Made by a program: the position numbers and the translations under genes | Assembly (NCBI GenBank): GCA_963713975.1 | Contig: OY970218.1 | Coordinates: 2,752,001-2,816,000 of the forward strand | Source of the DNA: an uncultured Chloroflexia bacterium | GTDB taxonomy: Bacteria; Chloroflexota; Limnocylindria; Limnocylindrales; CSP1-4 | Direction: 5' to 3' | Length of the DNA stretch: 64,000 nucleotides | The notes under the pieces: model-generated | Seen by the model: the letters and a program-made list of their open reading frames with translations, nothing else | Told to the model about the DNA's origin: nothing | Databases searched by the model: none | Shown here: positions 27,004 through 36,713 of the stretch, piece after piece | How positions within the stretch are numbered: position 1 is the first letter of the stretch | Layout of the letters: each line of letters opens with the position of its first letter

Positions 27004-30000
27004 GTGCGTACGACCTCCAACCGATCCCTGCGCCGCCTGCGCGCGCTGGCCGTCGTCCAGGCCACCCTCTTGCTTGTGGCGCTCGGCGTGCCCGCGGCCG
27101 CCCTGGCGGCAGATGGCGATGGAACGGTCACCGTCAGCCCCACGTCAGTCTTGACCGGCTCGACCGGGAACACGCTGACCTTCGTCCATACGGTGGGTGC
27201 CAGTTGGGGCGGCAGCAGCAACGCCGTCCACCTTCGGATCACGGTTCCGGGCGGCGGCTGGTCGGCCCCGACCACGGGCGGCGGTGCAAGCACGCCCGGT
27301 CATGTCGCGATCGCTTCCGAGAGTTGCTCGGGTAGCCTGTCGATCGCCGTTAGCGGCGGCAGCAACATCGACATCTCGGGCGACAGCGACAACTGCAACA
27401 ACGGGGACGTAGTCACCATCACGTACTTCGCGACGGCCGGCACCACGATCGGAGCGAACACGTTCACCTCGTCCACCCGCACGAACAGCTACAACGGCAG
27501 CCTGCAGACCATCGCCACCAGCCCGGTGGTCACCGTGACAGCCCCCAAGGTGGACACCACCACGGTGGTCACCTCGGACACGCCTGATCCGTCCAACGTC
27601 GGCGTGGCCTATGCCGTGAACGTGAGCGTCGCCCGCGCGTCGGGCAGCGCCTCGATCACCGGCAACGTGGTCGTCTCGGATGGCACCGACTCCTGCACGG
27701 ACACGACCGCCAGCGGCGGCAGTGCGGCCACCGTCACCTATTCCTGCAACCTGACCTCGACCACCGCGGGCGCCAAGACGCTCACCGCCACGTATGCCGG
27801 CAACGCCTCCTTCAACGGGAGCTCGGGCACCGCGGACCACACGGTCAACGGGATCGGCACCACCACGACGATCACCTCCGACACCCCGGATCCCACGTAC
27901 GTCGGCGGGGCGTACACGGTCAGCGTCAGCGTGACCCGCGCCTCGGGCAGCGCCACGATCACGGGCACCATGAACGTCTCCGACGGCACGGACAGCTGCA
28001 CGGATGCGACCACCAGCGGTGGTAGTGCCGCCACGGTCACCTATTCCTGCAGCCTGACCTCGACCACGTCGGGCCTCAAGACCCTGACGGCAACGTATCC
28101 CGGCAACGCGACCTTCAACGGCAGCTCCGGCACCGCGACCCACACGGTCAACTCGGTTGACGGCAACGGCACGATGACCGCGGTCTACTCCGAGGTTGGC
28201 AGCACCACCCCGAGCGCCATCCCGATCACCCCGGGCAAGGACCTGGAGCTGATCGACTTCACGTTCACCGCTGGCGCCGGGGGGCTGCCCGCCGGCTCGC
28301 AGCTGCAGTTCGTCATTCCGGCCGGCTGGACGGCCCCGACCAAGACCGCCGGCACCGATGGCGCCATGACGGTTCTCAGCAGGACCTGCTCGGCTCCTGC
28401 GACGGGGACCGCCGGCTTTACGATCGCGGGGTCCGGTCCCTGGACGATCACGATCACGGCCCCCGTCTGCACGGCCGGCCAGAACATCGTCATCCGCTAC
28501 GGGAACGCAGCGAATGTCTACGTGACCGCGCCCAACGCGAGGGGTGACTACGAGTTCACGACCAGCACGGCGGGACCGGGCGGCACGCTGACCGGCATTG
28601 CCTCGCAGCCTGAGCTCACGGTCATCGGCATCGCCCAGGCGGCCCTCTCGATCACGGGTCCCGCGACCAAGACCTTCGGCGACAGCGCGTTCGCCCCGAC
28701 CACCTCGGGTGGCTCCGGCAGCGGCGCCGTCACCTTCACCTCGACCACCCCATCCGTGTGCACGGCGAGCGACAGCGCCAACGTGACGATCGTCGGCGTG
28801 GGCACCTGCACGGTCACGGCCACGAAGGCCGGCGACAGCACCTACAACCCGACGACGTCGGCACCCTACGACATCACGGTCGCCAAGGCCGACACGGTCA
28901 CGGTCATCGATTGCTCCGGGACCTTCACGTACACAGGCGCCGCCCAGACGCCGTGCACCGCGACGGTGACGGGCCCCGGCCTGAACGCGCCGGTCGACGT
29001 CGACTACCTCGACAACACGGATGCCGGCACGGCTTCGGCTTCTGCCGACTACGCCGGCTCTGCGAATTACAACGCCAGCTCCGACACCGAGTCCTTCGAC
29101 ATCGCCAAGGCCGACCCGGTCTGCGCGGTCAGCGGCTGGTCCGGCACCTATGACGGTTCGGCCCACGGCGCCTCGGGCTCGTGCACCGGCGTCAACGACG
29201 AGACCCTTGCCGGGCTCGCCCTGGGCAGCTCCTTCACGGACGTCCCGGGCGGCACCGCCAACTGGGTGTACACCGACGCCACCGGCAACTACAACGACGA
29301 CTCGGGCTCGGTCGACATCTCGATCGCCAAGGCCGACCCGGTCTGCGCGGTCAGCGGCTGGTCCGGCACCTATGACGGTTCGGCCCACGGCGCCTCGGGC
29401 TCGTGCACCGGCGTCAACGACGAGACCCTTGCCGGGCTCGCCCTGGGCAGCTCCTTCACGGACGTCCCGGGCGGCACCGCCAACTGGGTGTACACCGACG
29501 CCACCGGCAACTACAACGACGACTCGGGCTCGGTCGACATCTCGATCGCCAAGGCCGACCCGGTCTGCACGATCAACGGCTACGACGGCCCGTTCGACGG
29601 CTTCGCGCACGGCGCCACCGGCACCTGCCGCGGGGTCGAGGACGAGGTCCTCCCGGGCCTTGACCTCGGTGCCTCGTTCACCGACGTCCCAGGCGGCACC
29701 GCCGACTGGGTGTTCACCGACGCGACCGGCAACTACACCGACGATGCGGGCTCGGTCGACATCAGCATCGGCAAGACCGCCCAGGTGATCGACTTCCCCG
29801 AGATGCCCAACGTCAACGATGGCGCGACGAGCTTCCAGCTCGCGGCGACCACGGACTCGGGCCTGCCGATCACCTACACCTCGCTCACCCCGAACGTCTG
29901 CACCGTGTCGGGCACGACGGTCACGATCGTGGGTGTCGGCACCTGCACCATCGAGGCCTCCCAGCCCGGTGATGAGAACTACGCACCGGCAGGGTCGGTG

Positions 30001-30207
30001 CTCCAGAGCTTCGAGGTCCGTGCCGCCGACAGCACGACGCCTGAGACCAACACGACAGCGGCGCTTGCCGCCGCGGGCGACTCGGGCCCCATCCCGCCCG
30101 CCCTGTTCCTGGGCCTCCTCACCGTCGGCGTCCTGGGGACGCTCCTGGTCCTGCTCGGCTTCCGGGCCCGCCGGGACGGCATGCTCCCGGGTGACCGCGA
30201 GCGGTAA
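27004..30207 (+). CDS. Large secreted/surface protein with Ig-like and MBG-like repeats and C-terminal anchor
   Basis: Signal peptide (ALA-A), Thr/Ser/Gly-rich beta domains, TLTATY.GN..F.GS repeats, C-terminal TM and RARR. Confidence 0.85.
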   Translation: MRTTSNRSLRRLRALAVVQATLLLVALGVPAAALAADGDGTVTVSPTSVLTGSTGNTLTFVHTVGASWGGSSNAVHLRITVPGGGWSAPTTGGGASTPGHVAIASESCSGSLSIAVSGGSNIDISGDSDNCNNGDVVTITYFATAGTTIGANTFTSSTRTNSYNGSLQTIATSPVVTVTAPKVDTTTVVTSDTPDPSNVGVAYAVNVSVARASGSASITGNVVVSDGTDSCTDTTASGGSAATVTYSCNLTSTTAGAKTLTATYAGNASFNGSSGTADHTVNGIGTTTTITSDTPDPTYVGGAYTVSVSVTRASGSATITGTMNVSDGTDSCTDATTSGGSAATVTYSCSLTSTTSGLKTLTATYPGNATFNGSSGTATHTVNSVDGNGTMTAVYSEVGSTTPSAIPITPGKDLELIDFTFTAGAGGLPAGSQLQFVIPAGWTAPTKTAGTDGAMTVLSRTCSAPATGTAGFTIAGSGPWTITITAPVCTAGQNIVIRYGNAANVYVTAPNARGDYEFTTSTAGPGGTLTGIASQPELTVIGIAQAALSITGPATKTFGDSAFAPTTSGGSGSGAVTFTSTTPSVCTASDSANVTIVGVGTCTVTATKAGDSTYNPTTSAPYDITVAKADTVTVIDCSGTFTYTGAAQTPCTATVTGPGLNAPVDVDYLDNTDAGTASASADYAGSANYNASSDTESFDIAKADPVCAVSGWSGTYDGSAHGASGSCTGVNDETLAGLALGSSFTDVPGGTANWVYTDATGNYNDDSGSVDISIAKADPVCAVSGWSGTYDGSAHGASGSCTGVNDETLAGLALGSSFTDVPGGTANWVYTDATGNYNDDSGSVDISIAKADPVCTINGYDGPFDGFAHGATGTCRGVEDEVLPGLDLGASFTDVPGGTADWVFTDATGNYTDDAGSVDISIGKTAQVIDFPEMPNVNDGATSFQLAATTDSGLPITYTSLTPNVCTVSGTTVTIVGVGTCTIEASQPGDENYAPAGSVLQSFEVRAADSTTPETNTTAALAAAGDSGPIPPALFLGLLTVGVLGTLLVLLGFRARRDGMLPGDRER
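29101..29770. repeat. 222-bp intragenic tandem repeat (two identical copies, one diverged)
   Basis: Units begin at 29101, 29323 and 29545; identity runs to 29568. Confidence 0.92.
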
Positions 30208-30239
30208 CCGCGCGCGACCACCCCTGATCCGCGAGAACG

Positions 30240-30268
30240 AACAGGCCCCGCCTCCGGCGGGGCCTGTT
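30240..30268. terminator. Hairpin, probable terminator
   Basis: aacaggccccgcc-tcc-ggcggggcctgtt perfect 13-bp stem. Confidence 0.65.
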
Positions 30269-30303
30269 GCCGTCTATCTCGAGAGCCGGGCTACGCTGTG
30301 CAG

Positions 30304-31338
30304 ATGCAGCCTCACGCCCGGACATCCCTCGTGAGCCGCTGGGTCCTTCTCCTGTCCGTCCTGACCCTTGCCTTGGCGCTGGCGGGCTGCGGGTCCGGCG
30401 TACCCGCGTCGACCTCGCCTCCAGCGCCGAGCGTGTCGGGCGGCGCCTCTGCGACGCCCTCCCCCGAGGCGACACACGCATCAGAGACGCCGCCCGCCGC
30501 GTCGCAGCCCGTGCCGTCTGTCGAGGCGTCGCCGTCGGGTGACCCGGTCCTGGTCGGGGCGGGCGACATCGCCGTATGCGGCAGGCCGGACGACGAGGCG
30601 ACCGCGGACCTGATCGATGGGATCCCGGGCATCGTGTTCGCGCTCGGCGATACCGCATATGACTCCGGTTCCGAGGCAGAGCTGCGCGACTGCTACGGCC
30701 CAAGCTGGGGTCGCTTCAAGGACCGGACCGGCTTCGCGGTCACCGGCAACCACGACATCCGGACCGACGACGGCGCCCCGCTCATCGCCTACTTCGGCGA
30801 TGCGGCGGCACGGGACGGCGTCACGTGGTTCAGCGAGGACGTCGGCGCGTGGCACCTCATCGTGCTCGACACGAACTGCGGCCACCTCGACGGCGGCTGT
30901 GGGCCGGATTCCGCACAGGTCCGCTGGCTGCGCGACGACCTCGCCGCGAGCGGAGCCCGCTGCACGCTCGCGATGTGGCACCACCCCCGGTTCTCGAGCG
31001 GCACGCATGGCAACGACAAGGACGTGGCGCCGTTGTGGGATGTCCTGTACGCGGCCGGTGCGGACCTGGTCCTCAATGGCCACGACCACGACTACGAGCG
31101 CTTCTACCCCCAGGACCCCGAAGGGCGCCCGGACGCGGACCGGGGCATCACCGAGATCGTGGTCGGTACCGGCGGGGCCGAGCTCCGGGGCTTCGAGAAG
31201 ACCGCGCCAAACGCCGTGGCCCGCTCCAGCGACGCACACGGCGTCATCGAGCTGACGCTTGCCGCCGACGGCTGGGCATTCCGCTTCGTCTCGACCGACG
31301 ACACGTTCTCCGACCAGGGTCGCGGCGTCTGCCACTGA
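30304..31338 (+). CDS. Calcineurin-like metallophosphoesterase lipoprotein
   Basis: Lipobox LAGC; AGDIA, LGDTAY, GNHD, HHP, GHDHDYER. Confidence 0.88.
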   Translation: MQPHARTSLVSRWVLLLSVLTLALALAGCGSGVPASTSPPAPSVSGGASATPSPEATHASETPPAASQPVPSVEASPSGDPVLVGAGDIAVCGRPDDEATADLIDGIPGIVFALGDTAYDSGSEAELRDCYGPSWGRFKDRTGFAVTGNHDIRTDDGAPLIAYFGDAAARDGVTWFSEDVGAWHLIVLDTNCGHLDGGCGPDSAQVRWLRDDLAASGARCTLAMWHHPRFSSGTHGNDKDVAPLWDVLYAAGADLVLNGHDHDYERFYPQDPEGRPDADRGITEIVVGTGGAELRGFEKTAPNAVARSSDAHGVIELTLAADGWAFRFVSTDDTFSDQGRGVCH

Positions 31339-31375
31339 CCCCGCGGCGGGCCGTGTGACAGGGCATGATGGCCGC

Positions 31376-32233
31376 ATGACCCAATCCGATCCCGTGACCC
31401 AACCCGACTTCGGATCCGCGTGGTCCGCCTCCCTCGCGCGTGCTCCCGAAGCCCGGCTGCAGGAGTGGCTCGAGTTCGCCCACGCGGCCTGCGACGCCGC
31501 CGACCGGATCGCCCTGCACCATTTCCGGCGCGACCTGGATCTCGAGCGCAAGCCCGACCGCACGTTCGTCACAGTCGCGGACCAGGGAGCAGAGCGAGAG
31601 ATCCGGTCTCGGATCCTCGACCGCTACCCGGACCACGGGCTGGTGGGCGAGGAGTACGGAACCGAGGCCGGGTCAGGTGCCACGCGCTGGTACATCGACC
31701 CGATCGACGGCACCCACAACTACATCCGGGGCGTGCCCGTGTTCGCGACGCTGCTCGCGGTCGAGCATGACGGCGAGTTGCAGGTTGGCATGATCTCCGC
31801 GCCGGCGATGCATGAGCGCTGGTATGCGTACCGCGGCGGGGGAGCCTGGCACCGTGGCCTCGACGGTGATCGCCAGGTCCGCGTCTCCCAGATCCGGGCC
31901 CACGAGGACGCGCAGCTGCTCTATGGCAGCAGACTCGAGACCGTGGCCTCAGGGCTGATGCCGGGGTTCGACGACGTGCTCGCCGGAGCCTGGCGAGAGC
32001 GGGGCTTCGGTGACTTTTGGGCGTACGCGCTCGTGGCCGAGGGTGCGGCCGAGGCCATGTTCGAGACGGGTGCCCATCCCTGGGATCTGGCGCCGATCCA
32101 GGTCCTGATCGAGGAGGCCGGCGGCCGCGCGACGGACATCAACGGCGAGCGCCGGATCGATGCCCCATCCTTCGTGGGCTCCAACGGCCACCTGCACGAG
32201 GAGATCCTGCGCGGGCTGCGCGCCGGGGCCTGA
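31376..32233 (+). CDS. hisN: Histidinol-phosphatase, inositol monophosphatase family
   Basis: GEEYG, WYIDPIDGT, RGFGDFW, WDLAP. Confidence 0.75.
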   Translation: MTQSDPVTQPDFGSAWSASLARAPEARLQEWLEFAHAACDAADRIALHHFRRDLDLERKPDRTFVTVADQGAEREIRSRILDRYPDHGLVGEEYGTEAGSGATRWYIDPIDGTHNYIRGVPVFATLLAVEHDGELQVGMISAPAMHERWYAYRGGGAWHRGLDGDRQVRVSQIRAHEDAQLLYGSRLETVASGLMPGFDDVLAGAWRERGFGDFWAYALVAEGAAEAMFETGAHPWDLAPIQVLIEEAGGRATDINGERRIDAPSFVGSNGHLHEEILRGLRAGA

Positions 32234-32239
32234 CCGTCG

Positions 32240-33568
32240 CTACGCGCCGGCCTCGTCCAGTGCCTCGACGATGATCCCCAACGCCCGGGCGACCTCCTCG
32301 GCCGTCGTCACCAGCGGCGGGATGATCCGGATCACGTTGACGTAGGTGCCGGCGGTCAGCAGCAGCAGCTCCCGCTCGAAGCACGCCGCCTGCACCCGCT
32401 TGGTCAACTCCGGGTTCGGTACGCGCCCATCGCCCTCGCCGGGCTTGACGAACTCCACGGCAACCATGAGCCCGAGGCCACGGACGTCACCCACGGACGG
32501 ACGTCCCGCGGTCATCGCCCGCAGGCCTTCGAGCAGTTGGGCGCCGCGTTCGCGCGCGTTGGCCGCAAGGCCCTCGTCCTCTATGACGTCGAGCGTGGCG
32601 AGGGCCGCGGCGCACGAGACCACGTTCCCGCCGTACGTTCCGCCGTGGGAGCCCGGCGGGAAGCGGTCCATGATCTCCTTGCGGGCGAGGATCCCCGACA
32701 GGGGCAGGCCGGACGCGATGCCCTTGGCCATGACCACGATGTCCGGCTCCACGTCCCAGTGGCGGACCGCGAAGATCTCGCCGGTCCGGGCGAAGCCCGT
32801 CTGGACCTCGTCCGCGATGAGCAGGATGCCGTGCCGGCGGGTGATCTCGCGCAGGCGGGGCAGGAACCCGGGCGCCGGAACGATGTACCCGCCCTCTCCG
32901 ATCACCGGTTCGACGATGATGCCCGCCACCCTGTCCGGGAACACGAGCTGGTGGAACAGCAGATCCAGCTGGGCCTCCCAGTCACAGGTGCAGTCCGCGG
33001 GATCGTGGGACGTGCCCGGCGCCCGGTAGCAGTACGGATACGCCGTGTGGTAGATGGAGCCCGGCAAGGGCTCGAAGGCGCCGCGGTAGACGTCCTTGGC
33101 CGCTGTGAGGGCCATTGCCTGCGCCGTCCGGCCGTGGAAGCCGTAGCGGAACGCGATGATCGCGGGACGGCCGGTGGCGACCCGTGCCAGCTTGACGGCA
33201 GCCTCGACGGCCTCCGCTCCGGAGTTGGCCAGGAACGCCGACCAGGGCCCTCCCGGCAGGAGGTGGGCGAGACGGTCGTACAGGCGCAGGCCGGCCTCGT
33301 GGTAGACGATGTTCTGCTGGCCATGGAGGAGCTTTGCCGCCTGTGCCTGGACCGCCGCCACGACGCGCGGATGGGCGTGTCCCGTGTTGGCCACGCCGAT
33401 GCCGGACGTGTAGTCGAGGTACCGCTCGCCCTCCGGCGTCACCAGCCAGCTGCCCTCGCCGTGGTCCACGACGAGGTTGGTGATCCGGCCCCAGACGGGC
33501 GGGACGACCGCGCGGTCGGGCAGGGGAGTGGCCCCGGAGGCGGCTCCGGCGGACGGGATGGCGGTCAT
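32240..33568 (-). CDS. gabT: Class III PLP aminotransferase (GABA/putrescine type)
   Basis: NSGAEAVE, FHGRT, DEVQTGFARTG, AKGIASG; lies downstream of the polyamine ABC genes. Confidence 0.8.
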   Translation of the reverse strand: MTAIPSAGAASGATPLPDRAVVPPVWGRITNLVVDHGEGSWLVTPEGERYLDYTSGIGVANTGHAHPRVVAAVQAQAAKLLHGQQNIVYHEAGLRLYDRLAHLLPGGPWSAFLANSGAEAVEAAVKLARVATGRPAIIAFRYGFHGRTAQAMALTAAKDVYRGAFEPLPGSIYHTAYPYCYRAPGTSHDPADCTCDWEAQLDLLFHQLVFPDRVAGIIVEPVIGEGGYIVPAPGFLPRLREITRRHGILLIADEVQTGFARTGEIFAVRHWDVEPDIVVMAKGIASGLPLSGILARKEIMDRFPPGSHGGTYGGNVVSCAAALATLDVIEDEGLAANARERGAQLLEGLRAMTAGRPSVGDVRGLGLMVAVEFVKPGEGDGRVPNPELTKRVQAACFERELLLLTAGTYVNVIRIIPPLVTTAEEVARALGIIVEALDEAGA

Positions 33569-33575
33569 GGGAACC

Positions 33576-34430
33576 TCAGCGGCGGCGACGGGCGTTGAGC
33601 GTGGTCAGCAGCACGCCGCCGACCGCGACCAGGAAGATGACCGTCCCGATCACGTTGACCTGCGGCGGCACGCCGATCCGGTTCTTGGCGTAGATGAACA
33701 TCGGGAAGGTCTGTTCCTTGCCGGACGTGAAGTTCGTGATGACGAAGTCGTCGATCGACAGGCTGAACGCGAGCAGGCCGGCGGCGATGATGCCGGGCAG
33801 GATCAGCGGGAAGGTGACCTTCCAGAACGTCTGGAGCTCGTTCGCGTAGAGGTCCATCGCCGCCTCCTCGAGGTGGCGGGGGAAGCCGGAGAGCCGCGCC
33901 CGCACCGTCACGACGACGAAGCTGATGTTGAACATGATGTGGGCGATCAGGATCGTGACGGCGCTCAACGGGAAGAAGGGCTCGCTGCCGATCGAGACGA
34001 ACATGGTGAGCAGCGAGGCGCCGAGGATGATCTCCGGCGTCGCCATGGGCAGGAAGATCAGGGAGTTGCTGGCACGCCGCAGCCGGAAGTCGTAGCGCAC
34101 GAGGGCGAGGGCGATCAGCGTGCCCAGCGCCGTGGCGATGATCGTCGACAGGAAGGCGATCATAAGGCTCAGGCCTACGGATTCCGGCAGCCCATCTACC
34201 GCGAACGGGCTGAGCCAGTACTTCACGGTAAAGCCCTGCCACACGACGTTGCTCTTGCCCGCCGGGTCGTTGAAGCTGAACAGGATCACGATCGCGACCG
34301 GCAGCATCAGGTAGATGACCGCGAGGATCGTGTACACGATCAGCAGGTAGCGGTCGACGAAGCGGCGCGCCATGATGCTGACGCCCGACGGTCGGACCGG
34401 GGCGGGCGCGGGTGCAGGAGCGGCCGTCAC
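33576..34430 (-). CDS. potC: Polyamine ABC permease
   Basis: LFSFND, LEEAAMDLYA, FSLSIDDF. Confidence 0.85.
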   Translation of the reverse strand: MTAAPAPAPAPVRPSGVSIMARRFVDRYLLIVYTILAVIYLMLPVAIVILFSFNDPAGKSNVVWQGFTVKYWLSPFAVDGLPESVGLSLMIAFLSTIIATALGTLIALALVRYDFRLRRASNSLIFLPMATPEIILGASLLTMFVSIGSEPFFPLSAVTILIAHIMFNISFVVVTVRARLSGFPRHLEEAAMDLYANELQTFWKVTFPLILPGIIAAGLLAFSLSIDDFVITNFTSGKEQTFPMFIYAKNRIGVPPQVNVIGTVIFLVAVGGVLLTTLNARRRR

Positions 34431-34431
34431 C

Positions 34432-35445
34432 TCACAGCCTCCCCGTGGAGACGTCTTCGGTGCCCAGGGCGCGGGCATAGATGGCCACCACCACCAGGAC
34501 GCCGGCCATGAGCATGAACGAGAGGGCGGCGGCCGTCGGGTAGTCGTTCTGGGTGAGGAACTTGTTCTGGATGACGTTGCCGATCATCCGTGTGCTCGGG
34601 TTGCCCAGGAACTCGGCATTGACGTAGTCACCGATGGCCGGGATGAAGGTCAGCAGGGAGCCGGCAAACACGCCCGGAAGCGATAGCGGAAAGGTCACCC
34701 TGATGAACGACTCGGAGATCAGGAACCAGCCAGTCAGGGCTCCGGCAGAGCCGAACACGACCGCCATGACGGGCCACGACCAGTCGAAGATGACGCCCAG
34801 CACGGACCCGAGCGCCGCGGCGACGATGCCGCCCACGATGGCGCCCCCGGGTCGCCATGGCCCTGCGTACAGGTCCTTGGCGGCCTCTACCAGGCGCGGG
34901 TCCACCTTCTCGATGGCGACGTAGATCGGCAGGGTCATGAAGGGCAGGAAGTTGTAGGTGATGCCCGAGATCACGGCCACGGGCGTCGCGAGCAGTCGGA
35001 AGTCCTCGGGCATCAAGCCGATGCCCTTGAGCGGTCCGAGGAGCACCCCGCTGTCGCTGAGGATGATCTTCCAGGCGATCGTCCGCAGCAGGAAGCTCGT
35101 GAAGAAGGGGGCGACGACCAGGAACAGCAGCAGGTTCTTCTGGGTGCCGCCCTTGGTGGCGATGGTGTAGGCCAGGGGGTAGGCGATGAGGAACGTGAGC
35201 AGCGTCGCCGCACCCGCGTAGACGATGGATCGCCCGTAGTACGGGGCGAACTGGTCGAGGGCCTCCGTGTAGTTCGTGTAGTTCTCGAGGGAGAAGGTGA
35301 ACCCGGTCTCGAGCGTCCCACTCCAGAAGCTCGCGATGAACATCTGGATGCCCGGGTACACGTAGAAGACGGTCAACCACAGCATGCCCGGCGCCAGGAG
35401 GGCATACGGGACGATCCAGGAGTGGCGCTTCAGCCAGACGCCCAC
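34432..35445 (-). CDS. potB: Polyamine ABC permease
   Basis: PFFTSFLLRTIAW, YNFLPFMTLP, EAAKDL, FIPAIGDY. Confidence 0.85.
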   Translation of the reverse strand: MGVWLKRHSWIVPYALLAPGMLWLTVFYVYPGIQMFIASFWSGTLETGFTFSLENYTNYTEALDQFAPYYGRSIVYAGAATLLTFLIAYPLAYTIATKGGTQKNLLLFLVVAPFFTSFLLRTIAWKIILSDSGVLLGPLKGIGLMPEDFRLLATPVAVISGITYNFLPFMTLPIYVAIEKVDPRLVEAAKDLYAGPWRPGGAIVGGIVAAALGSVLGVIFDWSWPVMAVVFGSAGALTGWFLISESFIRVTFPLSLPGVFAGSLLTFIPAIGDYVNAEFLGNPSTRMIGNVIQNKFLTQNDYPTAAALSFMLMAGVLVVVAIYARALGTEDVSTGRL

Positions 35446-35481
35446 GTGGGGACCTCGTGCGGGACCTGCGGCGGCCTGTGA

Positions 35482-36690
35482 TCAGCCGACGCCGAGAACC
35501 TTGGCGAACTGCTCGTTGAAGTAGATCTCCTGCTCTTCGGTGAGGGCTCCGAAGATGTGCAACCGGTCCACCCATTCCGCGGGCGGGTTGATCAGCGGGC
35601 TGTCCTTCTTCTCGGACGGCAGCAGCTCGTCCGAGCCCTTGACCGGGGAGATGTAGTCGACGGCCCCGGAGACGGCGGCAGAGACCTCGGGATCGTAGTA
35701 GTAGTTGACCAGCAGCTCCGCGGTTCCCTTGTGGGCGGCACCCTTGGGAATCATCATGTGGTCCGACCACAGCATCCCGCCCTCGCTCGCCAGCGCGAAC
35801 GCGAGGCTGGCCTTGTCGATCTGGGCCTGCACCATGTCGCCTGACCAGGCCATCGAGAGCACGGCGTCACCGCTCTTGAGGTCCTCCGTGTAGGACTGGC
35901 CCTTGACGTCGCGGATGATGCCGTCGGCCTTGGCCTGCTCCATCAGGGCAACCGCCTTGTCGGCGTCCTCGTTGGTGGGCACAGCCGGGTCGAGGCCCAG
36001 GTAGAGCATCGAGAGTCCGATCGCGTCTCTCATCTCGCTCAGGTACTCCACCTTGCCGTTCCACTTCGGGTCCGAGGTGAACAGCGGCGCCAGGGACGTG
36101 ATGTCGCCGACCTTGTCCGAGTCGAAGCCGACACCAGTCATGCCGGAGCGCCACGGGGCGTGGTGTTGCACGTCTGGATCCCAGTCGACGGCCTTATAGA
36201 CGTCCTTGATGTTCGCGATCAGGTTGGCGACATTCTCCGGGTTGAAGGCCTCGATCCAGCCGAGCCGGATGAGCTTGGCGGCCATCCAGTCCGTGAGGGT
36301 GATGATGTCCCAGCCGGTGTCCTTGCCCGTGTTCAGCGCGTCCTTGATGGTCGCGACGAACTCGTCGTTGCCCTCGATGACCTCCTCGTAGTGCACCACC
36401 GTGCCGTACTCGGCGGTGAACCCTTCGATCGTCGGATGCTTGGTCGGGTCGTTCTCGTCGATGTCGATGTAGTAGGACCAGTTGGCCCAGTTGAGCTCAG
36501 GCGACGGCGTGGCAGGACCGGCAACCCCGGCCGACGCCACCGGCGTCGCGGCCGCGCCGCTGGCCGGCGCCTCTGATGCCGTGCCCTTGGTGCCACAGGC
36601 CGCGATGAAAGCCGCGACGCCGGCAAGGGCGCTGCCCGCGAGGACGCGCCGGCGGCTGATAGGAATGGTGGACAGGGTCTCGCGAACCAC
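35482..36690 (-). CDS. potD: Polyamine ABC substrate-binding lipoprotein (Tat signal)
   Basis: SRRRVL plus IAAC; NWANWSYYID, AWSGD, SEGGMLWSD. Confidence 0.85.
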   Translation of the reverse strand: MVRETLSTIPISRRRVLAGSALAGVAAFIAACGTKGTASEAPASGAAATPVASAGVAGPATPSPELNWANWSYYIDIDENDPTKHPTIEGFTAEYGTVVHYEEVIEGNDEFVATIKDALNTGKDTGWDIITLTDWMAAKLIRLGWIEAFNPENVANLIANIKDVYKAVDWDPDVQHHAPWRSGMTGVGFDSDKVGDITSLAPLFTSDPKWNGKVEYLSEMRDAIGLSMLYLGLDPAVPTNEDADKAVALMEQAKADGIIRDVKGQSYTEDLKSGDAVLSMAWSGDMVQAQIDKASLAFALASEGGMLWSDHMMIPKGAAHKGTAELLVNYYYDPEVSAAVSGAVDYISPVKGSDELLPSEKKDSPLINPPAEWVDRLHIFGALTEEQEIYFNEQFAKVLGVG

Positions 36691-36713
36691 CGTTGTCTCC
36701 TCCTCGTGCCCGG

